From the NCBI GenBank assembly GCA_951406725.2, contig OX597820.1, positions 37,882,001 to 37,946,000 on the forward strand: 64,000 nucleotides of DNA, read 5' to 3'. Below, in pieces: positions 38,531-52,515 of this stretch. Source of the DNA: Octopus vulgaris. Its lineage: Eukaryota. Within the stretch, counting starts at the first letter, position 1; each line of letters opens with the position of its first letter. The translations under genes were made by a program, and so were the position numbers. The notes beneath the pieces are model-generated. The model was not told the DNA's origin, searched no databases, and saw only the letters and a list, made by a program, of their open reading frames with translations.

Positions 38531-38809
38531 CAAGATAGTACATAAAACTATCTGTTGTATATCTCACCCCGAAACGTTTAATGTAATACAGTAGAAGGGC
38601 AAGTGTCAATGCATCTTGGCTTATTACCACAGATGTTGATGTTTCTTAACTAGTGAACCTTCGTAGTTTACCGACTCAAGTTCTATCTGTGCAGGAAAAT
38701 CAAATTCTTTGAAGTGATTCATCGTCATAAGCTTCCTAAAGTTTGCATTGACGTTTAAATTACACAATTGTTATGACTGATGATAGACACAGAGTGTTAT
38801 TCTACACAG

Positions 38810-38849
38810 GTCTCAAAAGTAAATAGACACCTCTATTTACTTTTGAGAC
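38810..38849. repeat. Perfect 18-bp hairpin with 4-nt loop
   Basis: gtctcaaaagtaaataga-cacc-tctatttacttttgagac. Confidence 0.85.
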
Positions 38850-39494
38850 ACAACTTATTAGTACGATGCTCGAACAGACTAAATCATTAAAAGCTACACA
38901 GTGCCCGGCTACTAAATACTAAATTTAGTATTCGAGTGCATCAAAAAACATTTTGTTTCAAGAAATAAACCTTTCACTTTTAAGATGCCTGTGCATGTTC
39001 TTCAAATGATAATCTCCCCCACCACGTGTATCGTCTGTTTATAAAGTAATCACTTCTTGAGTAAGACAGAAATTAGTTTGTACTGTTACAAAGTTGTACC
39101 CCTCCCATAAGTTAACTCCGGAAAATCCAAGATGTCTGAGAATGAAAGATATGGGAACAGAGAACATTGATGCAAGATGCTGACAAACACTGCTTACAGC
39201 ATCCAAATTTGTATATTTTAACTTTGTTGCTAGTTATGTAATCTATTCTAAATGTTACTGCGTAATTTTCGATCGTGAATACCAGGGAACAAGCATAATC
39301 GATGGAGCAGAAATTGGTTATTGCTTATTAATATATCTTTTTGGCAGTGGAAAATATATTCACGAAATGAATTCTTAAAAACGATGAAATTAATATCATT
39401 ACCATTTTACTATTTCAGTTTCTGGTTCGTTTCCCATGAATGAGTAATAATACACCCATTATACATACATACATATATACATACATACACACAA

Positions 39495-39534
<40 letters not shown>

Positions 39535-39892
39535 CTGTGTCTGCATGTGGATGTGTATACGCATATATGTGTGTATTTATGTATATATCTATATAGATAT
39601 ATATATATATATATATAAATGTATGTATGTGTATATATATATATATATATACATACACACATTTATATATAACGTGTGTGTGTGTGTGTTTGGTGCGAAT
39701 ACACGCACGCAGACATACACACACAAAAATGCACATAGTTTCACCTTTGTTAATCACGAGAGAATTACAATACTACAATATAGCCTATCTGTCTGTCTAT
39801 CTGTCTGTCTATCAGTCTGTGTGTCTGTGTGTCTGTCTGTCTGTCTGTTTATTTATCTATCTACCTATCTATCTATCTATCTATCTACCTAT

Positions 39893-40197
<305 letters not shown>

Positions 40198-40474
40198 TGA
40201 GGTACGTATGCATATATATATATATGTGTGTGTGTGTTTGTGTGTGCGTATGTATCAACGCTCGAAATAAGGAGTAGAAGGACAGCCAACAACTGATGAA
40301 GGGTCATGTTCTATGTTACTTGTCTTGTTTTCAATTTTTTCTTTCGTTCTTTGCGTACCTAACCTTATTTTAGTATTTCATGTTGTTTACGTTTTGTGAC
40401 GTCCTGTACCCATATATGCATACCTATGTACATATATATGTATGTATGCACATATATTTATGTATATATGCATA

Positions 40475-40523
<49 letters not shown>

Positions 40524-40525
40524 CA

Positions 40526-40559
<34 letters not shown>

Positions 40560-40809
40560 CATACATACATGTATACATACTTACACACATGCACAAGTTC
40601 TACAAACTATGATTGGTGTTAAAACGGTTAGTCAATCATTCGACCGCGGAAATTATATATCTCGACTACTGCTGAGAACTATGATAAACAAAGAGTATTA
40701 AATAGCAAGTCTAGAAACAAGCCATTAATGTTTCTACAAAGTGGAGGCACATGCGTTCTAAGGTGCTTGACAAAATATCCTCAAATGTAATAACTTAAAT
40801 ATTTTACTT

Positions 40810-41165
40810 TTTGTGTGTGTTTTTGCGTCTGTGTTTGTCTCCCCATACAGGGGATGGGAGTGTTTATGCCCCCGAAACTAAGCGGTTCGGCAAAAGACTG
40901 ATAGTAAAAAATACTTGGCTTAAAAAAGAGTCTGGGGTCAATTTGTTCGTCTAAAACAACTAAAAGAATATATGTATATGTGTATGCGTGTGTGTTTGTT
41001 TGTACTCCACCCCCGGTTTATTGACAGCCAGTGTTGGTTTGTTTACGTCCCCATAGTTTACAGGTTTCGCAAAAAGTGACCACGCTTAAAAGAAAATTAC
41101 TGGAATCAATCTGTTCGATTAATTGACTAAATCGATGAAAGCAGTGTCAACCAGCATGGTCACAT
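40810..41165 (+). mobile_element. Two decayed SINE family A 3' halves in tandem
   Basis: gtgtttatgcccc..agcggttcggcaaaa and gtttacgtcccc...cagcatgg. Confidence 0.55.
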
Positions 41166-41252
<87 letters not shown>

Positions 41253-41253
<1 letters not shown>

Positions 41254-42055
41254 GGGGATTAGTGGAGGGGAGGTACGACGACGGGCTCGGGGCGAACCTG
41301 GACGTTGACGAGGAATACCTGACCCGCCTGTTCGGGACGACTTTCGGGCCAGGGCCCATGGACAACTTCCAGGGATCCCTGGCCTGGCAGTGGTACCAAG
41401 AAGCGCTACCCGTTCGGGATAAGCTCTACAGACACGGCTCGAGAAATACGGGGCCGACCTGCCCGAGATGCGGTCAGAGCGACGAAACCGTTCTGCACGC
41501 ACTCGTGCAGTGTCCATCAATTTCCGACCTGTGGGCTTATGTCGAACAACTGCTGTCACGTGTGGGACGAGTCGGTTTATCAGCTGAGTCTATCGTCAAT
41601 ATTGTCACGTCTCCTTCCTTCAAACGGGAAGGAAGAGCTATTTTCATCATCCTTGTGGCTATGGCGAAAGAATGTATCTGGTGGACGCGTCTGAAAGGAT
41701 TGGAGACAAACACTTTCCTCTCTGTTCAATCTCTCATCAACTTCTTCAAGTACCACTTGAAAAGGAAAGTGAGAGTAGAGAGGCAAGTTTTGTCTAGCGA
41801 ATGTTTTAAAAAAAGATGGGTGAATGTAGCAAGGATGGCAAGTATGAATGACGAAGCCACCTTGAGCATAATCCTATGAACCCAGAAATTGAAAACAGAG
41901 GGTTACCCACTTGCAAACAAATGTGGTAACATGTAACAATATTGACCGAGGTTACCGTGGTCTTTTTCGTAGGCTTTTCTTCCCACGGATAAACCTTATC
42001 TGCTTCCCCCTTTATACCGTACATCATGACACTGTGATACACGATCCCTATTGAT
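41253..42055 (+). mobile_element. 5'-truncated Tx1/L1-clade LINE (ORF 41262-41879) inside (TATC)n
   Basis: Protein nearly identical to 29792-30598; (ATCT)n upstream and shortly downstream. Confidence 0.88.
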
Positions 42056-42091
42056 TTTTTTTAAAGTACTTAATTCAACTGAATCTTAATA

Positions 42092-42180
<89 letters not shown>

Positions 42181-42586
42181 GCGTATATTTATCTAACATT
42201 GTTTCAAGCCGAACTATCTGCATTATTTATTGCAAGATGTAGGAAGTCGAGAAATCAATAATTTCGTTAATAACATTCAACCTGAACATTTTCTCTATTG
42301 ACTTTCGATATTTCACTATATGGTTAATGATCCGTTTTTCTACAAAACAGAAGGAGTTCGTGCCACAGATAGCAAACCTGATGCACATCATTTACTTGAC
42401 GTCAAAGCATTTCAACAAAATCTTTGTATATGAGTTTAATGTTTATCAACACGCCTGAGGATACTGTCTACAACTATGTAATTTACACACACGTAGACAG
42501 TGACAGAGACCTCAGGCACTTTTTATTTTTGTGTGTATATATATATATTCATACACACATATTAATACACACATATGTACATATGT

Positions 42587-42770
42587 ATGCGAGTGTCGGC
42601 TGAAAAGTTCATAGGTTGATCAAGATACTCTCATGGGATGTGAGCAGCTGAAGTCTATTTTTCAACATAGACCCCCTTGTGGTTCACAGAAACTTCTGCC
42701 ATCGGTGTTGCAGTGTTTGGATCCCATTGAAGAAGAAGCTTTTATCCTGTTGGCCAAAAAGTTCATTACC
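42587..42770 (-). mobile_element. Mariner 3' end fragment
   Basis: Minus strand GIQTLQHRWQK resembles the mariner C-terminal GI..L..RW.K motif; TIR-like gtcggctgaaaagttc. Confidence 0.65.
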
Positions 42771-42771
42771 A

Positions 42772-42816
<45 letters not shown>

Positions 42817-43119
42817 AGATAACTCAAATCACACACCATCGTCTTGAAAAAAAATGAAGGACGCTTGGTTTAATATAGATCAAGATGCATTAAATCTAAC
42901 ACACACATAACACATACAAAAATTGGCTTTGGCACTCATTACTGAGACGTTTTAGATTAGAGATAAGCTCGATCAAGACAGTTCTAGGCGGCTGTCTGTA
43001 ATAACTGTGGCTCGAGGGAATCGCTATGTCAGTGACCGACCTACTCGAAATTGTTGCTATAACTTTCTAAGATCTCATACGGATGTTGTGAAAGAGAGGA
43101 AGGATGCATATGATAATGG

Positions 43120-43324
43120 TTTCAAATTTCGGCATAGGATTAGCAGTATTTGAGGGGAGGGGGAATTACGTTATATCAACCCCACTACTTGGCGGTTATT
43201 TATTGTATTGACTCCGTAAAGATGAAAGGCAAAGTAGACCTCAGCGGAATTTGAACTCAGACGGGCGAAATGACGCTAAGCATTTTGTTCGGCGTGTTAA
43301 CCTACCCGCCTGCTCGCCGCCTTA
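43120..43324 (-). mobile_element. SINE family N, decayed
   Basis: gatgaaaggcaaagtagacctcagcggaatttgaactcag...ctcgccgcc. Confidence 0.8.
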
Positions 43325-43669
43325 GGTACACATATGATAGTAACTTCCTAGATGCACCTACATGCAAATCAAAACAGCAGTATGCTCACGATTAGAATCA
43401 CTTCAATCATCAGCTTTCTCGATCAGTATACTGATCTGGGGTTAAACAACCTCATCATTACTAACAGCTGCAGCAACAACAACGCCAAGACAACAACAGC
43501 AGTAGCAACAGCAGTAACAGAAGTGGTACCACCACTACCAACTATCAACAACAACAGCAACAAAAGCAACTGCTAAAAAATTTCGGTATACATTACCAAG
43601 TTTCTGAAACTAATATTTCTGTAGCAGTTACTGAGATGATAATTGCAATCACCATACGTTACACTCACA

Positions 43670-44003
43670 GGCGCATAGCTTAGTGGCTAGAGCGTCGAGC
43701 TTACGATCGTGAGGTTGTGAGCTCGAGTCCCAGACCGGGCTGCGTGTTGTGTTCTTGAGCAAGACACTTTATTTCACGTTGCTCCAGTTCACTCAGCTGT
43801 AGAAATGAGTTGAGATGTCAGTGGTGCCAAGCTGTATCGGCCTTTGCCTTTCACTTGGATAACACTGGTGGCGAGGAGAGGGGAGGCTGGTATGCATGGG
43901 CGACTGCTGGTCTTCTATAAACAACCTTGCCCGGATTTGTACATTGGGAGGGTAACTTTCTAGGTGCAATCCCACGGTCTGTGTCGTGACCGAAGTGGGT
44001 CTC
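43670..44003 (+). mobile_element. tRNA-derived SINE family B
   Basis: ggcgcatagcttagtggctagagcg (A box), gagctcgagtccc (B box), gtgttcttgagcaagacactt; homologous to 55678-55992. Confidence 0.85.
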
Positions 44004-45125
44004 AGACATTCACAGGCTCAACCACCCACAAAATATTTACCCATCTGGAGTATGAGTGAAATAAAACACTTTTAGCGAGACGTCTTAATGCTTCCAATTC
44101 AAATTATAATGATTCCAAAATTTAAATTATAGCAGCTGGAATAGCTGGTCTCAACAGTTGCAGCACTGCAAACATTTTCCCAATCGTACTGTGTTGCTGA
44201 GGTTGTCAAATGTCACCACTTCTTTACGACCCCCACTTCTAGCTGGTGTGGGTGAGTGAGTGAGTGAGTGTGTGTATGTGTGTGTGTATTAATTGTCTTG
44301 GTGAAGCCTGAGATTAAACAATTCCTAACTGGCTGGATGTGACACAAGTAAAATGATAGAATCTGCTAAATCTTTTGACTGGTTTAAGTGGTAGCGAGAA
44401 ACCCTCTTTACGATCGGTTGGTTTGTCAAAAATATCAGCCAAATTTCTATCAAATCACACAATCACCGTTTAGAAAAACGAATATGTCCACATTAACCAC
44501 ACTGAATAATAAAGTCCAAATGTGACACAATACATTGAAAAACATGATGATCATAACAGGTACGGCTTTGACCAAAGTATACTGGGCAAAAAAAACAGCA
44601 ATACTATCAAAACCACGATCACCACGGACGACAACAATAAGAAAAATATGTTATACAATTTATCAATTCAATTATAGTTATACAATTTATCAATTCAAAG
44701 TTCTGCAATATTTGAAGTCGTTCATCTGGTAACATGATTGTCACTGAAGCTGTTTTGTTGTTGTTATCGTATTGTTTTTGTGGTTATCTTTGTTGTTCCT
44801 AGGTCAACCCTGATCGAGAAGGTCTATGATCAAAGATAATCCACCGTGACCAATCGGCTTTGTTTTACGTTGCAAGAATTCTAGAAACACGTTATCATAG
44901 TGTCTTTCTTAAGACTGAAGGTTAAGATTTAACAGAAAGTTACCTGCTATTTATAGTAAGTTCATCATCGCAATCAAACCTTTTCATTGACATCCTTTCA
45001 CCACAAAATATTATTAATATATTTCATTCAAGATATAATCCTGAACAAAAAAAGAAATGATCTTATCCGGAGAGCTTGGGGCTGTGATCTCATCAAATTA
45101 AAATGCTTAATCAATGTCACAAAAA

Positions 45126-46313
45126 ACCTCAGATTCACATATACTGAGTGTCCTGTTATTATTGTCTTTGCGATTGTTTTCCTTATGTAGACTCCACTGC
45201 AAATCCTACCCCAAAATTACGCCTATTTTGTTCTTTGACTGTTTAGTCAGAGAGAAACGGTTGGCAGTTTTAGTGACCAATTACAGAATTACCGGCTCTG
45301 GTAGGAAAGGCGGGAGTTATCCTCAGTTTCGAAACCTGGTCCGAAGACTAGAAAAAGAATAGACTCTGCTAAAGATACCCAAAGTCCAGGCAGTGATGTT
45401 AAATCGGCGGTAGATTTTACAACCTGCGTTTTGTTTATAGATTTAAGTCTACCAACAAAACACAAAACCCTGGTTAATCCGCCTGGCTTTCACATAGTTT
45501 CCGTCTGGCAAATTTCCCTCACAAGGAATTAGCGAAGCCAAGGGCTATATTGGAAGATGCTTAACCAAGGTGACACACCAAGGGGTCGAATTCGAAATGG
45601 CGTAGTTGCAAAGAAAAAAATTTCAACAACACGGATATTCATCCGCCTTACATAAAAATAATTTTCTGAAACCGTTTAGCGCGGTTTTCTCCCTGTCTCG
45701 CGTTCTTTCTCTTTCTCTCTCTTCATTTGAAAAAAAAAAAAGAAATACACATCTAAATATATCTAATTTCATTGAGTACAGATAAAAAAATAATGCCTCC
45801 TAATCCTGTTATTCTGTAAACGACTAAAGCATAATAACGACAGGAAGCGAACCATGAAGAACCTTTATGTGGTTGCGCGACATACTAAACACAACAGTAA
45901 AATTATGTCTTTTAAAATACACCACTTTTAAGATACGCAAAAAGACAGAATTGTCAGAGCTGGTATCATAGATAACCTGGCGGATAAACAACAACAACAA
46001 TAACAATGTCACGCAACGTACCCGGTATACATTGCTTCTATGAATAAAGAGTACAAAAATATTCTCGATATGAAGACAATCCAGCTGATAAGCAAATTTT
46101 ATTCCCCATCGCGTTTTGACCACTCACGCTCGCACTGTTTTATTTCTATGTTTTTTCTCTTGCTACTAAAATGACATCTGTTCCTTTGAAATAACTATTG
46201 TATACCCTCTCAATGCACTCACAATCAACGTAGACTTCTATACTTCTCTCGTCACTCTCACCATGTTTTTTTTTTTTAACTTCTGGATTACTCAGTATAT
46301 GTGAATCTGAGGT
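45126..46313. mobile_element. Candidate non-autonomous element bounded by a perfect 24-bp inverted repeat
   Basis: acctcagattcacatatactgagt 45126-45149 / actcagtatatgtgaatctgaggt 46290-46313; no TSD recognised. Confidence 0.5.
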
Positions 46314-47956
46314 CTTTCGCTCGGTTCTCATTCTCCTTATCTGCGCCAATTCGAATTTAGCAAGCTGCATGCTCTTCCTATCCATGCTCAACCGACCCAT
46401 CTGTCTCAGCTTCTCGTCTTTCGCCCAATAACTGAAACTTTCTGAAACGCTGCCTCTGCTTACATTATTTCCGAAACAGTGAACCGCAGACCTTCAATAT
46501 GAATATCAATTCTCCTATCCCACTTGCCTACATGAGTTTCCAATGTTCATAGCCACTGATGCATCCTCTAATTAATTTTAAAAAAAGAAGGAAAAAAAAA
46601 GCAAAGCAAAGTGAATCATTGAGTGCAGTGGAGATTGTCACGTGTCAACAGTGGTTTTGGTAAGGATGCATTACTTTAGAGATAAGATACATATATCGTT
46701 GATTTTTCGCCCAGTTGACAGTTAATTCAGTCGATCGTTCACTCCGTTTGAGAGCCACTTTGGTCAGTTTATCTTTCGGCAAGGTGACCCTTCAAATGGA
46801 GTTTGTGTTGATAGATTAAAATGAGGACAAGTCTTTCTGACAAACTCATTGATGTCGCTAGATATACAGCTACTTCACTCAAGAACCAGACACGTAACAG
46901 CTTTATCCACAATAAAATATCGCACACACTTACACACACACGCACACACGCACGCAGATGTTTATACACAACCATTCACAATTACATATATACGTATACA
47001 CTCGCAGACATACACACATACGCTTATAAACAACCATTCACACTTACACACATACACATATAATCCCACATTCACAAGATGTTCCACCATACACTCGCAC
47101 ATTCACAAACGTTGATTTGAAGGCTACATATACTTGACTCCTTCAAAGATAGCCAATCATTTTATACATATAGCAATACATTACCAAGTGAACTTTTAAA
47201 TTTCCGTTAAATGGGAGGGTCTCGATTCATTTTTCTCTCTTTCTTTCTATGTCTTTCTATCTTCAAATAATTGAAATATCATATGTCATCATATCGTCCC
47301 TTGACAGAAATCAGTGGAAAGTAAGACGAAGGAGAAAGTTTCGCAGTTTCGTAGTTTTGAAAAGAATCGGTGAAGTTTGTTCTACCTACTCAGTGAAGGG
47401 AATTCTTTTAGACAAAAACAAAGTAAAACGAAAACAAAACAAAAAAATCCCCCCAAAAAACAAAAAAACCCCACAAAAATCCAACAGTAGACAAGAAATA
47501 AAATTAAATACCATTGCTGATTGCATGGCGTAAGAAGTGACATCTAAATCGATATATTAATCAATAATGAAAGTGCTTGTGTTTATTGAATGAAGAATGC
47601 TACTTTCGTCTGACGTGACACAAACATAGTTTGCTAATATTGATTGATTAGATGCTTTGGCTAGACAGAAGCCGTCGATCGAATTTAAATGAAAGGGAAG
47701 AGGTAAATTATAATTGTGTGGCGTTCATGCCTCTTCCCTAGAAAGTAGTGCCATATATTGGCTTGAATTAAAATAAAAAAAAAACACACCGTTCAAAGCT
47801 TACATTTATATTCTAGTGTAACTAACAACAACAAAGCAATCACATGATTAAAATTAGGACTAGTAAAACGAAGCTGGTGCTAGGAGATATGACAACAATG
47901 TTGTTGTTGATGATGATGATATAATGATAAGCGTGATGATAATGATGATGATGATG

Positions 47957-48016
<60 letters not shown>

Positions 48017-48017
<1 letters not shown>

Positions 48018-49428
48018 GACACAACACACAAATGAAAGAGAAAATAAAAAAAGAATACTATAGACGAGTTAGATCAATACTAAACACAGAGCTCAATGCT
48101 AAAAACAAGATAATAGGTATCAACACTTTAGCTGTCCCAGTTATAAGTTACAGCTACAATATCCTTAACTGGACACGAAATGAACTGACCAAAATAGATA
48201 GGAAAACAAGAAAAATAATGACAGGATCTAGGATGCATCACCCAAAATCTGACATAGAAAGACTATATATACAACGTATAGAAGGTGGTAGAGGCCTTAT
48301 ACAGCTGGAAAACTACTATAAAATAACCACCATAGGACTGCAAAAATATCTACTTCAGAAGGAAGGAAAACTGATCCAGATAGCGGCAAAACACGAGCAA
48401 AACAAAAAAACTGTTCTCAGTATTTAAGGAAGCTGACAAATACAAACAAGAAATCATACCACCTAATAAACATGAAGAAGAAGAAGAAGATGGAGAAACA
48501 ACAAAAGCTATAAAACAAATGAAATCCAAACTAAAAATAGAACAGCAACGAACCATGATAAAACGATGGCAAGAAAAGCCCCTTCATGGTAAATACTGAA
48601 CTAAATTAAACGCAAAAGAAATAGACAAAGAAAAATCCCAGCAATGGTTGAGAAGCTCAGGACTCAAAGCAGAAACAGAGGGATTTTTAATTGCAGCACA
48701 AGACCAAAGCCTCCCCACCAGAAATTACCAAAAACATGTAATGAAAAGAAATATTACAAGTAACTGCAGAATATGTGATGGACAAGAAACAATAAATCAT
48801 ATTATCTCTAGCTGCCCAGTCCTGGCTAAGAAGGAATATATTCACAGACATGACAGAGTTGGAACCTACATACATTGGAAGCTATGCCAACATTATGGAA
48901 TAACAACAGAAAAAAGATGGTATAGGCACACACCAGAAAAAGGTCACAAAAAACGAGAAAGCAACCATACTCTGGGATATGCCGATACACACAGATAGAG
49001 AAATTAAAGCCAACAGACCAGATATAGTTGTCAGAGACCATGAAGAAAAAAATGCTTTCTAATTGATGTATCAATACCGGCTGATGACAACGTGTCTCTA
49101 AAAGAAATGGAGAAACTCTCAAAATACAAAGACCTGGAAATAGAGGTAACTAGAATGTGGAATCTGAAAACAGAAACAATTCCTATCATAGTAGGTGCAT
49201 TAGGTATGATAAAAAAATATTCAGACAAATACATAACAAAAACACCAGGACTTACAAACACATATAACATACAGAAAATTGCACTACTAGGCACTGCACA
49301 CATCCTACGCAGAACACTTTCCATACAATAACCATCAGAGCATCACAACAAATCACAGCACATACCCAAGGCACACAGAGCTGCGCTCGGTAGTGAAGTG
49401 AAAGCACGCTATAAAAATAAAACTACTG
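48017..49428 (+). mobile_element. 5'-truncated Dong/R4-clade LINE, second subfamily, in (TAA)n
   Basis: HHPKSDIERLY...GGRGL, GLKAETEG.LIAAQDQ, CRIC...HIISSC, RHD, KLSKYKDL; frameshifts and stops; (TAA)n on both sides. Confidence 0.92.
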
Positions 49429-49451
49429 AATAATAATAATAATAATAATGA

Positions 49452-50050
49452 TTTCAAATTTTTGCCACAAGGGTAGCTTGGGGGAGGGGATTAAGTCGAT
49501 TACAACGACTCCAGTGCGTAACTGGTACTTAATTTATCGCCCCGAAATGATGAAAGGCAAAGTGGACCCCAGGGGCATTTGAACTTAGAACGTGAAGGCA
49601 GACGAAATACCGCTAGGCATTTTGGTCGGCGTGCTAACAATTCTGCCAGCCCGCCGCCTTAATGGTTTAAAATTTTGCCACAAGGACAGGGGTTAGTCAG
49701 TTAAATTGACCCCAGTGTTTCACTAGTACTTAATTTGTCGACCCTGAGAGGATGAAAGACAAAGTCAACATCGGCAGAATTTGAACTCGGAACATAGTGA
49801 CGGGCGAAATACCTGGTTTGCTAACGATTCTGCCAGCTCGCCGCCTTAAAAATGGTAATAATCCTTTCTACTATAAACACAAGGCCTGAAATTTTGGAGG
49901 AGAGGACAAATCGATTATATCGACCCCAGTATTTCACTGGTGTGCAATTTATCGACCCCGAAAGGATGAGAGGCAAAGTTGACATCGGCGGAATTTGAAC
50001 TCAGAATGTAAAGACGGACGAAATGTCGCTAAAAATATTGCTCGCAGCCT
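49452..50050 (-). mobile_element. Cluster of three SINE family N copies
   Basis: Three gatga(a/g)ag(g/a)caaagt..ac...tttgaact cores; two end in cgccgcctt and the third in cgcagcctt. Confidence 0.85.
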
Positions 50051-50072
50051 TAATAATAATAATAATATTAAT

Positions 50073-50139
<67 letters not shown>

Positions 50140-50189
50140 GTAGTAGTAGTAGTAGTAATGATAATAATTCCATCAAATTTCTGTTGCTC

Positions 50190-50875
50190 GACAACGGTCG
50201 AGCAACACCAAGATACTTCAAGGAGAAACGTAAGAACAAATGGCCAATTCATGCAACAAAGTGAGAATGTCGGAAATAAAGACCTCTGGCGTTGATTGAC
50301 GGATGGGAACTTGAAACAAGAGATAGAAATGCTAATTAGCCGCTCAGGAACAAGCCCTTACAGTAAACTTGAAAAAGCAAAGATCGACAAAACCCGCTCA
50401 GAGAGAATATGTAGAAGAGTGGTATGAAAACGAACCAGAGGCTGTGATAGGAAAGAATTACAAGATCTTGCGGGAGTTCTTCTAATGACTGACCATACTA
50501 TTGAAACAAGAAGACCGGATACGGTCATCGAGTATGAAATAAACAAACAGTGTAAGATCATGCTTTTTTGGAATTTCCTATGATGCTATAATTGATACCG
50601 CAGAAATTGAAAATATTGAGAAATGGTAGGACTGAGCAGACTGTGGAAGATCAAGGCAACAGTTTTTCTTGTGATAATTGGTGCACTTGACACAACAACC
50701 AACATGCTTCCTAAAAGACTGAAAGAGATTAAAATTGAGACTCGCATTGTCGGCCTACAGAAAAGTACCATTCTATTTCCTGCAAGAATCTTAAGAAATA
50801 TTTTTGAGATTTGAGGAGACTTGTTACCAAACCTCAAGATAAAATACCTGCTAAGTAAATTAGCATCCACTAGCG
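50190..50875 (+). pseudogene. Decayed Dong/R4-type 3' end (third subfamily), downstream of (TAA)n
   Basis: W..DGNLKQEIE..I.AQEQAL, IETRRPD, LSRLWKIKATVFLVIIGAL, LQKSTILFPARILR. Confidence 0.75.
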
Positions 50876-50892
50876 CAACAACAACAACAACA

Positions 50893-50985
50893 GTGGAGGC
50901 GCAACGGCCCTGTGGTTAGGGCAGCGGACTCGCGGTCGTAAGAACACGGTTTCGATTCCCAGACCGGGCAGTGTGAGTGTTTTGT
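50893..50985 (+). mobile_element. SINE family C tRNA-like head
   Basis: gtggaggcgcaacggccctgtggttagggcagcggac...ggtttcgattccc. Confidence 0.7.
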
Positions 50986-52515
50986 TTGACAAAGACCAGG
51001 ATAAACAATATGATGCTATCACAACTTCACTGCTCTGAAGAAATATATCTATTAACATCGATGAACTAAGAAAATCGAGAAAAAAAATGAAAGCCAAAAT
51101 AAGCCTGGTGATGAAAATATTGAACGATATGTTTAAGTAATACTATTGAATCATTAGGTAAGTTTTATTGCTTCTGTCTCATATAAGTAAATGTACTGCA
51201 AGTGTCGATTGTCTTTCGCGTATAACCAAAGTATCGGGTCAAATGTTAAACCTCTACTAGTTTGATTCATTGTTTTTCAATGTCAGACACAATATAACAA
51301 CCAAAATCGTATTATTTAAATGTGGAATGCATATGTTCAGTTTGATGCGTCAAAAATACGGGAATTGATTGCGCAAAACTTCTCATCGCCGGAAACAAAA
51401 AAGCTGGTACTCAATGAAAATAATGAAAGTTTAAAGAGAAGATCAGATTTTACTCCCCGTGGGATTTAAGCAAAATAGAATTCTAATTAGTTTTAATCAA
51501 AATATATTCTAGATTTAATATAATAGTCTTTAATTTAACTGAATAGTTTTAATCAAAGTAGAAAAGGTATAAATGTGTACGAGACAAATGCGTTTCTATA
51601 CTACATATAAATTTTATTGTTACACTCTATCGCAAAACCTGTTTACCATAAAAAGCACATATAAAACATTTTAGAGCGATAATCCAAAAGTAACTTTACA
51701 TCCAGAGTTTCTAATTTAGGAAGATGTATTCTCAAAACCTAAAAAAAAATGTAAGTTAAAAATAGATACTAAAAACATGAATAGAACACTCGAGGAGAAA
51801 GAACGCATAATGTAATTGCAACGAACAAAGATCAAACATCAAAAACCAAAACAACGAGTTAAAGACATTGGTAATATAAACCACAAAGATAGAATTAGCA
51901 CACACATACAAAAAAATTCCAAGAAATAACAAAGCGTAACTAAATCAAACACTAGCATACCTACTGATTACTGATAAAAACCGAACGAGAATATCTTAAG
52001 CCCATATTACAAACCAATGCTACTCTTATCTTTAATACTATTAGTAATAATGCTGATAATAATAATAATAATAATGAAATGATGACATCGATGAGAATGT
52101 TGATGACAGTAATAGTGTTGGGGGATTTCGGTAAAGATCAAGAGTCCTTGACGGTGCGATTGAAATTTTTGGCTTATCTGTAGAAATTGTGTAGACATAA
52201 AGTTGAGAGAGATGAGAAAATGATGAGTGGCGAAGAAATGAGTTAATGGCTTCAAAGAGAAAGTAGGGAAGTGAATGAGGTGTGGTAGGGAAATGTACGG
52301 AATATATAGTAAGTTAATAAGAGAAAGACAGAGAGGGAGAAGAGAAAGAGAGATAAAGAAAAAGAGAAAAAATGCGTTAGGGAAAAACAGTGTCGTATCT
52401 TTTTATGGGTTTAGAGAGTGATTGCTTTTACGTTGTCACATACTCATACAATATTGTGTGCATGTATATATTAGACCTACATACATTATAATTGTATATA
52501 TATATATATATATGT

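Noticed and set aside
40290-40320. CUGAUGA-AGGG motif (similar motif near 11261)
   Set aside because: No matching stem II and GAAA downstream.
43670-43745. tRNA-like sequences here and at 55678, 50893, 22560-22630 and 58980-59050
   Set aside because: They have A and B boxes but no complete cloverleaf, and most continue into SINE bodies, so they are SINE heads rather than tRNA genes.
51040-51140. INIDELRKSRKKMK...ILNDMFK resembling a LINE pre-RT segment
   Set aside because: Too short and decayed to call without an alignment.
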